Positions 12,985 through 25,490 of a DNA stretch of 61,209 bases are shown here, piece after piece. This DNA comes from Ionaspis alba (taxonomy: Eukaryota), in contig CAXUUL010000023.1 in NCBI GenBank assembly GCA_964255285.1, positions 1 through 61,209 on the forward strand, in the 5' to 3' direction. The notes below the pieces were generated by a model that saw nothing but the letters and a program-made list of their open reading frames with translations, had not been told where the DNA came from and made no database searches. A program made the translations under genes and the position numbers. Numbering within the stretch: position 1 is the first letter of the stretch; the number at the start of each line of letters is the position of its first letter.

Positions 12985-14442
12985 CTAGGATAATGATCCT
13001 TCCTTCTTCCAAAGCCAGTCGTCAAATTCCTGTTCACTCAACCCTTGCGGAACTTTTTTCAAAGCTTGCTTCCATCTCATTGACGTCCCATACAGTCTAT
13101 GATCAGCGGGCCTCTCTGCAAGCCCTTTCAACCTAATCGTTTCCGGGCTATCTTCACCCTCAAGAATAACCCTCGCAGCATATGCCCTCTCCGCGAAGAC
13201 CTTTGCTCTCGCCTGATCCCCATTTGCAATCACAATCTGCAGCGCATCATAGTAGAGTCTCGGTATCCTCGCGTCGGCTATACGTTCCTCTTCCAGCAGA
13301 CGCAACAGCGCATGCGCGTCATGGAGACATGGCAAAGGCGCAGAGTCAATGCGCATTCCATTTCCAATCTGGCTATCGAGCCTGGTGATATCTTCCAGTC
13401 GTTGATCGCTCTGTCGACGCTGATCTGGAAGCAATGAACAAAGCTCGCATGCACAGTGGAAGCCGAAATTATTCTTCAAGCTCAGCTGTCGAGCGGTATA
13501 ACTTTCTGAGCCATCGAGGTAAGATATCGTGATTTCTTCCCCTTTTTCAACGTCTTTGAAGGTATGAATTGTAAGCTGATTCAAATTGGCGTTCCAAGTG
13601 TTCTGCGCGTTGTGACTGCAAGAGTGATTGATACGAGATGCCTCAAGGAAAAGGCCGCCTTCTAGAGCTCCAGAGCCAAGGGGTAATACATTGGTCCTTG
13701 CAATGCCGAGGAAAGGACTGTGACTGCTTCCATAGGCATTGTGAAGAGAAAAGAAAGCTCGTTGTTGGTCCCTGGTGAGGCTTTTTAATTCTTTGATGAT
13801 CACGCCTTCCACGGCCCGAGTGTCGGTTGCATGTCTTGGGACCTTGAAGATTGGGGGCTCGGAGAGGATGCGCGTGCCCTTGAGGATTTTTGAGGTGGCG
13901 ATTAAGCCTTGACCTTTGCCCAGGATGGGCTCGATGGCGTATAACCTGTCGTTAACTGTCGATGCGTCAGCTGCTCCAGCAATCTCTTCGTTCTCGTGCG
14001 TTGTTCCCCTCTCCTGCTCTCTCGCCCTCTTCTGCACTGCATAGACCTCGTCCCAGTTATAATAGCCCCACTGAAGATGATCATCATCAGCTTCGCTCAA
14101 TTCATGCCAAAAGTGAACGCGATCCCCGAACCATTTCTTCGCAATCTTATACACTCCAACAATATACGGTTTTGCAGCAGCACTCAGGCTGCCGCTGACC
14201 TTGGAGCTGAACCGCAGGAAGTGCTCGCACCTGTATGGGATGGTTGGGTGCTCGCCGACCATGAACTCGATGTACGATCCGTTAGATTTGGGCACAACGC
14301 GGACAACGCTGTCATACTCCTCCTCTTCGTCCTCTGTTTGATATGTGCGCAGTACCTCGTGCAGAAAGAGCTCATATTTTTCCTCATTTGAGGGTGTTGG
14401 TTCAAGGGCCGGGTAGATGTCGAAGCCACAGTCGAATCCCAT
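12985..14442 (-). CDS. SET-domain lysine methyltransferase (SMYD/Set5-like with TPR-like tail) fused to an uncharacterised N-terminal domain
   Basis: Intronless; likely start MGFDCGFD at 14442. SET motifs GKGQGLIA, ASRINHSC, GEEITISYLD; post-SET FHCACELC; helical C-terminus RLYYDALQI..DQARAKVFAERAY. Confidence 0.9.
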   Translation of the reverse strand: MGFDCGFDIYPALEPTPSNEEKYELFLHEVLRTYQTEDEEEEYDSVVRVVPKSNGSYIEFMVGEHPTIPYRCEHFLRFSSKVSGSLSAAAKPYIVGVYKIAKKWFGDRVHFWHELSEADDDHLQWGYYNWDEVYAVQKRAREQERGTTHENEEIAGAADASTVNDRLYAIEPILGKGQGLIATSKILKGTRILSEPPIFKVPRHATDTRAVEGVIIKELKSLTRDQQRAFFSLHNAYGSSHSPFLGIARTNVLPLGSGALEGGLFLEASRINHSCSHNAQNTWNANLNQLTIHTFKDVEKGEEITISYLDGSESYTARQLSLKNNFGFHCACELCSLLPDQRRQSDQRLEDITRLDSQIGNGMRIDSAPLPCLHDAHALLRLLEEERIADARIPRLYYDALQIVIANGDQARAKVFAERAYAARVILEGEDSPETIRLKGLAERPADHRLYGTSMRWKQALKKVPQGLSEQEFDDWLWKKEGSLS

Positions 14443-15614
14443 TTTTCGAGATAGGAGGTAGTCACAAGAGTAACGCTGCCACTCTGCGGAGAAGCAGGGA
14501 TATTTTGTTTCTGACGAAGTAGGCAATGGCTGTGTGACTCAATGCCCGGGTAGCTATCCCAGAAGAATTTGTAGAGAAATACTTGTGACGGTAAAGTACA
14601 CAGATTTGCGCCCTATTTCTAGCTCTCCGCCGTTTGAGACAAAGGTTCGAAGTGATGAGGGCTCGTTGGGATTGTCCAATTTTTCTAGAACATGATTGGA
14701 CGATACGCGTGCTCTTCAAAGGTTGTACTAACTCTGAAGATGGCAACGTAGAGAAATCTATCACATTTGTTATGTCCACCTTCATGGTGGGAAGAGACTG
14801 CTCAATAAATTACCCTTTAGATCCCTTCTATAAGGACATATTGCCTTGAAGAGAGACCCGTGGCCTCCCCGTGACATGTCCCAAGGACCAGCTTGGTATT
14901 TCATTGGAATAAATGAAACATACTGTTCATTGTCTTTGAAATAATCCATTTTGGAACCACCGAGGAATCTGTCCATGCTCCCTTAGGGACCAAATCAGGC
15001 TCTTGTTGTGCACCAGCTCCTTTCGAACAACTGGTAGGGTTTGGTCGGGCAGCGCAGACTCATGGCATGCTTACGATGATCGCGCAGTCTGGGACCTGGC
15101 CAGCGGAGCATCAGCGTCGTGAACTCAATTCAATGACCAGATCTTCCAAAGTGTCTGTCGTTCGGCACCACAACTCTTATTCTTCCTCCACCGAAACCAT
15201 ATAGCCGCACTTGACTAACACTGATGTGGAAGTAGTGCAATTGCTAGCAATCTATTGGGGGCAGGGACCGGAGAGATGTCGAGGGTGCTTTTGTGTACAG
15301 CCAGCACTCACCAGGGCTGCTCTGGAACATAGAAGATCCAATTCAAAGTACTCAAACAAGCACAAAATGGGCTATGGACAAGTTGTATTACACTAATAAT
15401 GCCTCGAAAGGCCCTTCCCGTATGCAAGAACTACACATCATCCAACCATATCCCGATTCTCCAAAACCCATCCCTCTGCCCCTACTAAAAGCTGCAAGGA
15501 GTACAATGCCGACGGAAAATGGCCCGTGAGCCGACGGATCGAACGCCTCAGATGCTTTCATAAGCCATATGTAACACGAACCCTCAAAGTCCTTCCCTTC
15601 CAACAGCAATGCAA

Positions 15615-18600
15615 TCAGACATCAGAATCATAATACGGCACCTGCGACTGGCTCTGACTCTGCCAACCGCCCAATCCCACCGAAGTCGACTGATTGGACC
15701 AACCCGAAAGAGGGGCCCTAGCTCTTCGTTCTGCACCAAGCGATCAGTCAAGTCAAATGCTAAGAACGCACATAATGCATGCAAAACAGATAAAGAGTCA
15801 AACATACCCTTCTCAAAATCCCCCCACCTCTTCATAGTAATCTTACTACTATCAAATTCGCCCTCATACTCAATCCCCGCCTTTTTCGTCTTCTCCCCCG
15901 CTGTCTTCCTGGTATCGCCCCAGCTAAAATCATCGAACTTCCAATACGCATACACCGGCAGGACAAAATTCCAGATCGGCAAGCTGAGCAGATAGATCCC
16001 CATCCACAAGACATAACTCCAGCGGTGTGCCGTCAACACGATAAGCACAGCAGGCAGACCCAGGATGAGTGCGAGAAGTACGAGTGGGATGACGGGCGTG
16101 GGCTGCTTGACGATCGAGATGATGACGAGATAGAAGGTGAAGGTGATAGCGGCGGGGAGGACGAGCGTGCCAACGAGTTCGATGAAGACGACGAATTGCA
16201 TGCTGAAGCAGAAGGTTCCGCAGAGGTCCCGAACAAGCACCAACTCCATGAGATTGTGTACGGTGCTGTTGATCCATCTCCGGCGCTGGGAAAGCAGGAC
16301 CGAGAATTGCTCCGGTACTGTGGTTTTGCAGACGGCTTGGGGTACGAAGACTTGTTTGCGTTTGGGGAATGTCTTGAGCATGAGGGTCGAGAGGTAGCGG
16401 TCCTCGCCTAGAAGTAGGAGGTTCTTCTTGTGTAGGGTGTCAACCACGTTCTCGGAGTAGTGCTCGACGACGTCTGGGTTGGCCAGGATCGGAACCCAGT
16501 AGTTCTGGCCACCTTTAGGCGCTTTGATACGGTACATGCAGAAGCAGCCGGGAAGGCAGGTGACACCGCCAAAGACGGATTCGAAGGATTTGGAGAGGTG
16601 GTGAGAGATGAAGTACCTGATGATCACAAGCATCAGACATACATACACGAGTAGCCTTGGCAAAACCGGACAGGATTGGTGGGAGAACTTACTCAAAGAC
16701 CTGGATCATACTGACCCAACTCTGCCGCTTATTCGCAATCTTTGTCTCGCCACAAAGTCCCATAATCTCCGGATCCTTCACCATAGCACTAATCATATGG
16801 GTCAAGCTATCCGTGTAAACCTTCGTATCCGCGTCAACCATCAGCACAATCTCGTAGAAATCCGGCGATATCCCGGTGATCTTCCACAGGCCATTGAACA
16901 TCTCGAACTCCAGCTCCGTCATGCGCTCGTCGAACATGACCTTTTGCAAAAACGACATCAGGATGATTTGGCTATCGCGCTTGCCTCGGTTCCCCGGCTT
17001 GCTCTTGTGAGACTCGTCGGGTGTGCCGCACTTGACGACAATCATCATCGGCACGCGTTGCTGCTTCGCGGGCGGGACCATGGAGTTCTCGCCGTAGTTG
17101 TAGAAGCCGGCGTAGACTTTGGCCATGTTGTGTCTTTTTGAGCCACTTGCTACCGCGACGTACGAGAAAGCTTGGACCTCGTCGGGGAGGATGGCGTAGT
17201 CGCCCATCATGCTGAGGGCGATTTCGGGAGTTGTGAGGGTCTCGCCGTGGCCTTTGATCATGCCGTCGCAGACGACGAGGATGGTTTTGTGGCTGTTGGG
17301 ATACTCGGTTGTGGCGATGGAGTCGAGGGTTGTGCGGAGGCCTTCTTCGCCTTCGGAGTATGCTGTTACGAGGCAGATGGCGTGAGCGAGGGGGTAGCCG
17401 AAGGGTTTCCATTCGGGAGGTGGTTGGGGGACGACGGCTTCATGGATGAACCCTTGCGGACCAGCGCCATCGATGTCGCTAAGTGTTGTGGAGAGTCGCT
17501 GGTCTGATTGAGATCCTGGCATGAGTAGGCTCGAGCGACTTCCACCGCCAATGCTTTGTCGGTAGGGTGGATCAACGCTAGGTAAGGTTCCTTCACTGCC
17601 GTCCGTGTGCTTGTACATTGAGGTAGGTGCCATCAATCGAGAACCTGAGCTCTGACTAGCCATCGTCGTCGGTTGTGGTCGATTCTTGACCATTGAACGT
17701 TCGGTAGCATACGGACTTGTGAATCGAGAGGTAGTTGGCAAGAACATACTTCCTCTCTTGCTAGCCGTTGCACTGGAAGTGTCCATGAGCTTTGGCGGTG
17801 GTCTGTAAATATCCTCACTCCAATCCTCGATTTCCTTGGCTCGTTTCTTGGGGTCGGTGCTGGTCGAAGTCTTCGTGGCTGCGAATCGACGACTAAAGAA
17901 CCACTGGAAGGATAGGGCAAGAAAGAACTTGACTAGAACAATGGATAGAATGAAGACTAGGGAAACGTAAAGGACGACCTTGGAAGCAATACATCCGACG
18001 CTTTCGGTATCGATGGATCCAACTCGAATGATTTCTGATAGACATTGGCCGACCTGCTTCTGGTTTCCAGATTGGAAAGCATGCGTGAGATCAATGCCCC
18101 AAACGGCAGGGTTCTGGCGGAGTGCATCAAGTCTGGGATCAACAGTAACCTGGCTGGTATTGAACCATTGCAATAGGTCGAGATCAAGAACATTTCCAGA
18201 GTATACGGTCAGACGCCTACTGGAGTTCTTGACATCATCCCAAGTGAAGTAAACTTCTCCCGAGCTCTTCATGAACTTGTAGAAAGCCTCTCTTCCAAAG
18301 TTGGTAGTGTGACACGAGTAGCCGAGATAGTACTCAATCGTCGTGTTGGGCTTGCTGGAGCCGTCTTGGTTAAAGGCAACACAAGGGAAGTACCATGCGA
18401 GATCCCCTGCCGCATTTGTAGGAACATCGGACTTGGGTGCCTTATTGATGAGACCTTTGCAAGCACCGTTGACATTCTGGAACATGAAGCTGCCATCCTG
18501 GCCTCCATATTTGTGTGGAAGATCGTAGAGAACGTTGTTTCCATCAGGAATACCATCTGCACCAGGATGCCTCATCCCATTGAGATTGTATGACTTTCCG

Positions 18601-19475
18601 TGAAAGATCATCGAGTCGGAGCCCACTTCGTTCACCTTCATTCGAATGGATTGTTCCCCACAAACAGCTTGCGTAAATCCAAATGTAAGAAACCCGACAA
18701 AGGCGGCGATCAGTATGATGATACTGATAAGTCCCATCTTCTCCCTCCAAGCCCGCTGTTGAGCCCTAGCGGGTTTCCCTAAGCATGCTAGGATAGGACC
18801 TGGAGCCCAGAATGTAATGATAGCGCAGTAGACATTCCATAGACTTGGTGGGCGCACAGCGTTGATTTCCTTTCTCCTTATCTTTTCGTCCTCTGTTAGA
18901 CCTTTCGTTGCCTTATACGTCTGTTTTCGCTGCAACCTTCGAGGCTCTTCAGCGACCTCTTTCGAAACAACATGAGGCCGTCCACGAGCGCCTGGTGCAT
19001 CCGGGCGTGTGGTTGGCTTATGTTCCCGTTCATCCGACCTCTTATATGGTTTCAGCTCTGTCTCATTCGAACTCATTGTAGTCACCTCGTCCATATCTTC
19101 GAGAATCGGATCGTTGCCTGTCGTAGAAGGAAAGACTTCCATGTTCTGAGCATGCTGACGGTAATGGAAATTAGGATGATCCCGGTCAATTCGGTTTCGT
19201 TCCGGTCTTATAAGACTTCTCTTGCGCCCGAATTCGTTGGGAGAAGCGGTCATATCTCGATCAAGTGGTTGTCGGGGAGTCGGTGACGGAACAGACCTGA
19301 TATAGGCTTCTTGTTTTGGTCTCCGTGTCGGGGAGAGCGGGCTTTGAGGAGCGTCGAAGTAGGGAGAGGACTCGACGTCCTGTGGTGGTCGCGACCGACG
19401 AGACGGAGAGTCTCGATATGGAGAAGGGTGGTCATTTCGCCGAGAAGAAGACTTTGGCCTTGGAGGAAGAGACAT
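15615..19475 (-). CDS. CHS3: Chitin synthase class IV (yeast Chs3/ChsD type)
   Basis: ATG at 19475 (MSLPPRP). Motifs [59 protein letters not shown]. Intron 16617-16692 plus a short 3' intron at about 15732-15807; stop at 15615. Confidence 0.96.
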
Positions 19476-19492
19476 AGCCTTGCGGACCCAGG

Positions 19493-19592
19493 NNNNNNNN
19501 NNNNNNNNNNNNNNNNNNNNNNNNNNNNNNNNNNNNNNNNNNNNNNNNNNNNNNNNNNNNNNNNNNNNNNNNNNNNNNNNNNNNNNNNNNNN
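19493..19592. other. Scaffold gap (100 N) just upstream of the chitin synthase start codon
   Basis: Run of 100 N. Confidence 0.99.
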
Positions 19593-21684
19593 GGTATTCA
19601 GGAAGGCTGCGCACTTGAAAGACTGTGCAATAGAAGCTCGCTCAAGGAGCTCGGTTGCTATAGGTTTCCTCCCGACATCAAGTATCCTGTTGAATGCGTA
19701 CAATAAAGTCTGCTGGTAGTTTTGAGTCGATGTCGATGGCAAGAAAAAAGTTCAGTTCGAGCCGCTCGGTCCTGCCAGGAGACGGCGGCGATTTAGAGCG
19801 AGAGTGGTCAACGGTCAACGACTGTATGTACAACTGAAGCGAATGGTAGAAATGCGTGGTCAAGCACTGCAAGCAGTATTAAGTTGCCGGCAAACAGATG
19901 AGAGTCTCTGATGGTGCTATGTAACGAATGTGCTGTACAGTAGTAGTAGTGAATGGGTACGCAGCGAAAGGATGGGAGGGCAAAGCAAAAGTGTATACAC
20001 GCCAAACCCGATTCGTAGCATTTTAGTTGCTGTGGATGCAAAATGTACATCCGTCTACATCCCGAAGGGGAAAGGTCGATATACAAGGGGGCGGCCCGTA
20101 TGTTGCTAAATTTAATATGCACGCCTCCTTTTCTTCTTCATTGTTATTTCATCTTTCTCATCACTATTATTGTTAACACAGTCATGATGGCTGCGACTCT
20201 TTTCATATTCCTGTCCATATGGAAGTGATTGTTGAGGGGAATATTTGCAGGGTATAGAGTCGAGACTCTGCATGTTTGTTGTGGTGTGCATCAACCATCA
20301 CCCGTTTCACAACTTTACAGCTCTCTAGACTGTCGTGCGTGGCTGTCCGCCTCCAACACGACTCTGACAGATCCCGATTCGGCCATCACAGCTAAGGAAA
20401 ACGGAACATGGCTTCCGAGTGTGGCATGTACCACATCGGGTCAGACAATGTTCATGCGAATGGCTGGCAATCCCTATGCTACTTACCAATTGTTGTCTCT
20501 CGCAATGTTACTCACGAACTGGAGCTCGTCCTTTGCTTACACTGGTTGAACCCAGCGTACGACCTCTCCGGCATATGCACACGAGACGAAACACATGCAC
20601 AGCGATAGGATCCGGATTGGCGGCGTCACCCCTGGCGACGATCCCGCTATCGAGCCCCCGTTCGCACTCCGCAAATCTTGGAATTGGTGGTGGAATTGGC
20701 GGACCAGGGTGTGAAGTGGGATGTAAATTGGGAGACTAGCAAGCTTGTTCGCTTGCGGTGGCAGTGAATACTGTAGATACAGTAGGCAAGAAGTAGGGCA
20801 GGAATAATTGCGATGAATACTACTCTTGAGCTGCAAGGCATGAATACTAGAATAGGCATGTAGCTTGGTGACTGTCTCACTTCGAAGGAGGGGATGATCC
20901 ATAATGGGGCAGAATTTGGTGGGATTTGGACAATGGGAAGCAAACTCTTGCAGCTGGGCGGGCGCCGCCACACCTAAAAGCAAAAATACGTATGCTCTTC
21001 CATTCCTTTCCGGCAAGAATGGAAAATTATATATATCAATTCCTTGCCCTAAACATATTTACTTTAGGACAAGGCAGCGTGGATCTTTCAAACCGTACCG
21101 AGCTTACGTACGATTTGAAGAAATAAACCCCCTTGGTCAATGCTCTAAAACCCCGAAAACTAGCGCATATTTGACATCCCCGGCTTCTCGTAGCCAACCA
21201 TTCTCAACCGACAACAGACCTCTTGAGCACATTGCATAGCACTTGGTTTGAGCATCACTTTCGTGCTTTCAACTGGCAAGAGGAGTGGATCGCGACAGCT
21301 TTCGCAGCGCGCTTCTGCGGAACCGGTGCTTACTCCGTACACCGCTTAGAAGTGCCTCGGGAATCTGACAAAGGTGTGGGTTTTAGCAAACACAATCCGC
21401 GAGCCATAGTCGCACAAATTTGCTGACTCGTATCAGCGCACCTGGTTCCTGAACAGCCTCACATCCTTTCCTGGACTTTGCTCAAGCAATTGTAGCCTGC
21501 GTCCGCAGAACGCAGGGGGTACACCGAGTCCGTACCGAGACAAGGCTGCCACAGTCAAGAAGAAAACATTCATTCTCGTGGGACTTTGAGGCCACTAGGC
21601 TTTAGAGCTTGACAAGACGTTCAACTCTTGTCTACCGCGTCGCAGACTTGCAGAACAGTAATAGGGGTGGTCAGGGTCAACAAA

Positions 21685-23966
21685 ATGAACGATGGCGGCA
21701 GCCCACAACCGCCACCGGTACCATCAAAGTCACCATCCTACCAGCAGATGAGCTCTCCAACGTCACATCAATTTCCTCCACGGATGTCGTCAAAAGAGAA
21801 TACAAGCCATGGCAGTGGACAACCTCTGAGCAGGAAATCTCTTCCTCTGCACATTGTAGATCCAGGCACGCGGCTTCAAGGTGGACCGTTGTCACCGGTA
21901 CATGTCAACAGTGCATCGGACAATCACATACCTCAGGCTTCATCGGCCCGGATCGAAACCTACTTTGACGACCATGACCGTTCGAGAACGCCATCAAGGG
22001 AGCAATACCCCTCACAGCTACAGCAGACAAGCGAGCCATCCAAACCTGGTGACTACTCTTCGTCTTCAAGGCAAAAGCCGAGACTTGTCGATGACTCGTC
22101 ACCTTCTGCGCAACATACACCAGGTTCAATCTCATCGCCATGGCTTAACGCAAGGTCTGACTCGCCACGAATCATTACGCCAGATGCGCCGAAGACCCAC
22201 TCCAGACAAAGCTCTAGTGGACGAAGAGATGGAAGCGAAGGGAGCATCAAAAGCGCTGGAAGTAGTAGCAATCTATCAAAGCCTGCCGAGCTGGCTCCGG
22301 CCCTCCAGTACCACCATCAGCTTGGGAACGGCATTCGACCAGTCAATCATCGAGGCTCGCGAGGCTCAAACGAACCAGATGAACCCTTGTTTGGCTCTTC
22401 CGCAGACAACCAATCAGCTGATTTCCTCGGGACTCCTCAGCAGCGGCCCACTTCTGCATATTCCTCGACTTCAGACTTGGCAGCCAGAGGACGACACCAG
22501 TCTCCAGGACTCTCGCCAGGCCACCACGGACGTCGACGTTCCGCGCACGCAGGCCGATCACCAGAATCACGCCCGATATCCTACGTCGACCTCCTCAATA
22601 TTCCGTACCCACAGCCAGCACCCGCCCCCGTCAACTACGACAACTCCTACCTCCAACATGCCGTCGGCACAAACGCCTCCCTCCTCAGCACCCAAAAAAC
22701 CCTCGAAATGTACCGCGCCAACGTCAAAAAAACCAACGATCCAGCCATCCAATACGAATTCGCCGTCTTCATGATCAACGCCGCCCAAGAATCCGCTCTC
22801 CACACCCAGCAAACCTCACCCCCTCTCTCCGGTGCCCAACCGCCCTCTCCCCTCGCCAACCAAGAAGCCCTCCTCCGCGAATCCCGACAAATCCTCCAAC
22901 GCCTCGCCGACCGCAGCTACCCCTTCGCCCAATACTACCTCGCCGACGGCTACGCCTCCGGGCTCTTCAACAAAGGCAAAGAAGACAACGACCGCGCCTT
23001 CCCTCTCTTCATCGCCGCCAGTAAACACGGCCACGCCGAAGCCGGCTACCGCGCAGCGCTGTGCTACGAATTCGGCTGGGGCACCCGCAAAGATCCCTCC
23101 AAAGCAGTCCAATTCTACCGGCAATCCGCCTCCAAGAACCACCCAGGCGCCATGGCGCGCCTAGGCGGGGCCTGCCTCGCAGGCGAAATGGGCCTCGTGA
23201 ATCGCTACCGCGAGGGCCTCAAGTGGCTCAAGCGCGCGGCCGAGTCCGCCGACTTCCAATACAATTCCGCGCCCTACGAACTCGGGCTCTTGCACGAGAC
23301 AGGCGATGGCACGGATGTGTTCCGCGATGAGTCGTATACCGCGCAGCTGTTTACGCAGTCGGCGGATTTGGGCCATGCTGAGGCGGGGTATCGCTTGGGC
23401 AAGGCGTATGAGCATGGCCTGCTTACTTGTCCCAGGGATCCGGCGCTGAGTGTGCATTTTTTTACTATTGCGGCTATGCAGGGTCATCCGCTTGCGATGA
23501 TGGCCATGTGTGCTTGGTATATGGTTGGGGCGGAACCGGTGCTGGAGAAGGATGATAGGGAGGCTTATGAGTGGGCGAAGAGGGCGGCGGAGGCGGGTAT
23601 GTGGATTTTCTTCTGCTTTATTCTGGAAATTGTTCTTTTGGGATTGGGATGGTTGGCTGATGGCTTTTGATTGCAGGTCTTGCGAAAGCGGAATATGCTG
23701 TCGGCTTCTTCACGGAGATGGGTATTGGATGTTATCGCGATCCGCTCGAGGCGAATGTTTGGTATGTCAGAGCTGCGGATCAGGGAGATGAGAAGGCGAA
23801 GGGTAGGCTGGCGCAGATTAGAGCTGCGGCGTCAGGTGGGAGGGTACAGCAGGCACCGGCGCCGGCGGCGGGTGGTGGGGAGGGGAAGAAGACGAGGAAG
23901 AAAAGTGGGAGTCCGGTCAGAGTGCAGGAGGAGGAGAAGAAGGGAAAGAAGTGGGGCTTGTTCTGA
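21685..23966 (+). CDS. SKT5: Chitin synthase activator, SEL1-repeat protein (Chs4/Skt5)
   Basis: TLEMYRANVKK, AQYYLADGY, ASKHGHAEA, GLKWLKRAA, PRDPALSVHF, GLAKAEYAVG; intron 23597-23676; long disordered N-terminus. Confidence 0.93.
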
Positions 23967-24685
23967 GCTGCCGAGTGCCTTTAAGCGTGGGCGAAAACGG
24001 AAGAAATGAGGGAGAATTATGGTTGGAGCAGCATTCGTCAGGGAGTTCAGCATTGGATGAGAGTTTGCGATTGGCTTGATGCAGGGTTTTCGTTATCGAT
24101 GGGCAGGATCATTCAAAAGGCGTTTAGGGGGGCTTGAAGTTTGAAAGACACAATGGTGGGTGGATTGGTGAACTAAGGTGAAAGTGTTTGGGTAATGGAT
24201 TTTCATCTTTTCGAGAATAATATTCATAGCTCCCCCAAGGTCTACTGGAAACTGAATATACCGGTACTTGGCCCATCAAAATGACCTTGCCCGCCCACTC
24301 GATTTAAGCAATTTTTGCCTTTCTGTTCACTCGCCACACACCTTTGAGCCGTCCACTACTCATCTCTGCTCGCTATTGCACACCCTTTGCTCAAACAGTT
24401 GCTCCCATATATTCTCTTGCGTTCCCGTTTTCGTGGCTCTAACGCATCTTGTTGGGTCGACTTCGTCAAGTTTAGACGGCGGTCCCCAGCAGAACGGACA
24501 GGGGTTCCATACTGGCTTCTCTAGGTTCCAATATACTCGACTGGATGCAATGCCTACAAGATACTCCCGCCCCCTCGAGATGTTCCGTATAAAGTTTGGC
24601 TTACCGCCCTCATTCTTTCTGTTTCCTTCTCTCTATCTATTTGTTCAAGTTGTCAAAAAGTCTATACCAATGTTATTGATTACCA

Positions 24686-25490
24686 TTAGAGCCACCCTCT
24701 GACCTTGGCAATAATTTGACTCCCCTGATTGCCTGCGTCCTTCTGTTTCTTCTCCTTCAAAAGTGCAACTATTTTTCGATTTCTTCTCACCTCCTCCTTC
24801 TTCAGCAGTGTTGGGATTATCGCCGTATTCGCACCCACCTCCAACAGGCACCTCATTTCGTCCACCCGATCTTCCTCAGCCCATCTTTTTAGTAGGCAGT
24901 TCTTTTCCGCGCCATGCTCAATCAAGGCACGGATCACCTCGGTCGAACGCTCCTTCGCCAATACCGCGAGCTCTAGTGTTGACACACAAAGTCATTCCCC
25001 TTCGTTCACATCGGCCCCTTGGTCGGTGAGTTAGAGCGCCAACGCTGTTTTCGAGACGAAGCAGGCACTCGCAAGCGCGTTCATGCCGTGATGCCACCGG
25101 AGGTGCAAGACGGAGCGGTCATGGGCGAGAAGCTCCGCGAAGATGGGGACACTGGCATGCACGATCGCTATTGTGACGATGGATCTATCGATCCCCGTCG
25201 TCGGGAACGTAGTGAGGAGATAGGATAAGATGACCGGTTCTTGGGCGGAGACGGTGGCTTCAACCATTCGATAAGTTGGTGGAGGCTCGGAAGGTTGAAA
25301 GTGGTGGAAGCGTTCATAGTAGATTAGAGGATGACCTTGGGTGATTCCCAGCTCGGAGAAGTAGCGCTGTAGGGTGGGAAGGTTGCTGCTCGAGCAGGTG
25401 CGGAGGATCTCTTGTTCGTACGTGTCTTCGCTCCCTAACAGGAGAGGCGCGACGACTCCAGCCTGGGGCGCTGCGATCTTGAGATGGTCG
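24686..25490 (-). pseudogene. Ankyrin-repeat protein pseudogene
   Basis: One continuous frame from about 25430 (EDTYEQEILRTCSSSNL..) through GMNALASAC..LAL*LTDQGADVNEGE*LCVSTLELAV..ALIEHGA..LLEVGAN. In-frame stops at 25031-25033 and 24992-24994; no clear ATG. Confidence 0.75.

Noticed and set aside
14560..15200. Possible gene relic upstream of the SET gene (MDYFKDNEQY..)
   Set aside because: I could not extend it into a recognisable family.
19476..19742. N-terminal extension of the 1017-aa chitin synthase ORF
   Set aside because: It reads through a 100-N gap of unknown true length; MSLPPRP at 19475 is the plausible start.
20204..20312. snR30/U17-like m1 (ATATTCCTG) and m2 (AACCAT) motifs
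   Set aside because: Both motifs are base-paired in the local hairpin and the m2-to-ACA spacing does not fit, so the region is kept only as an unassigned hairpin.
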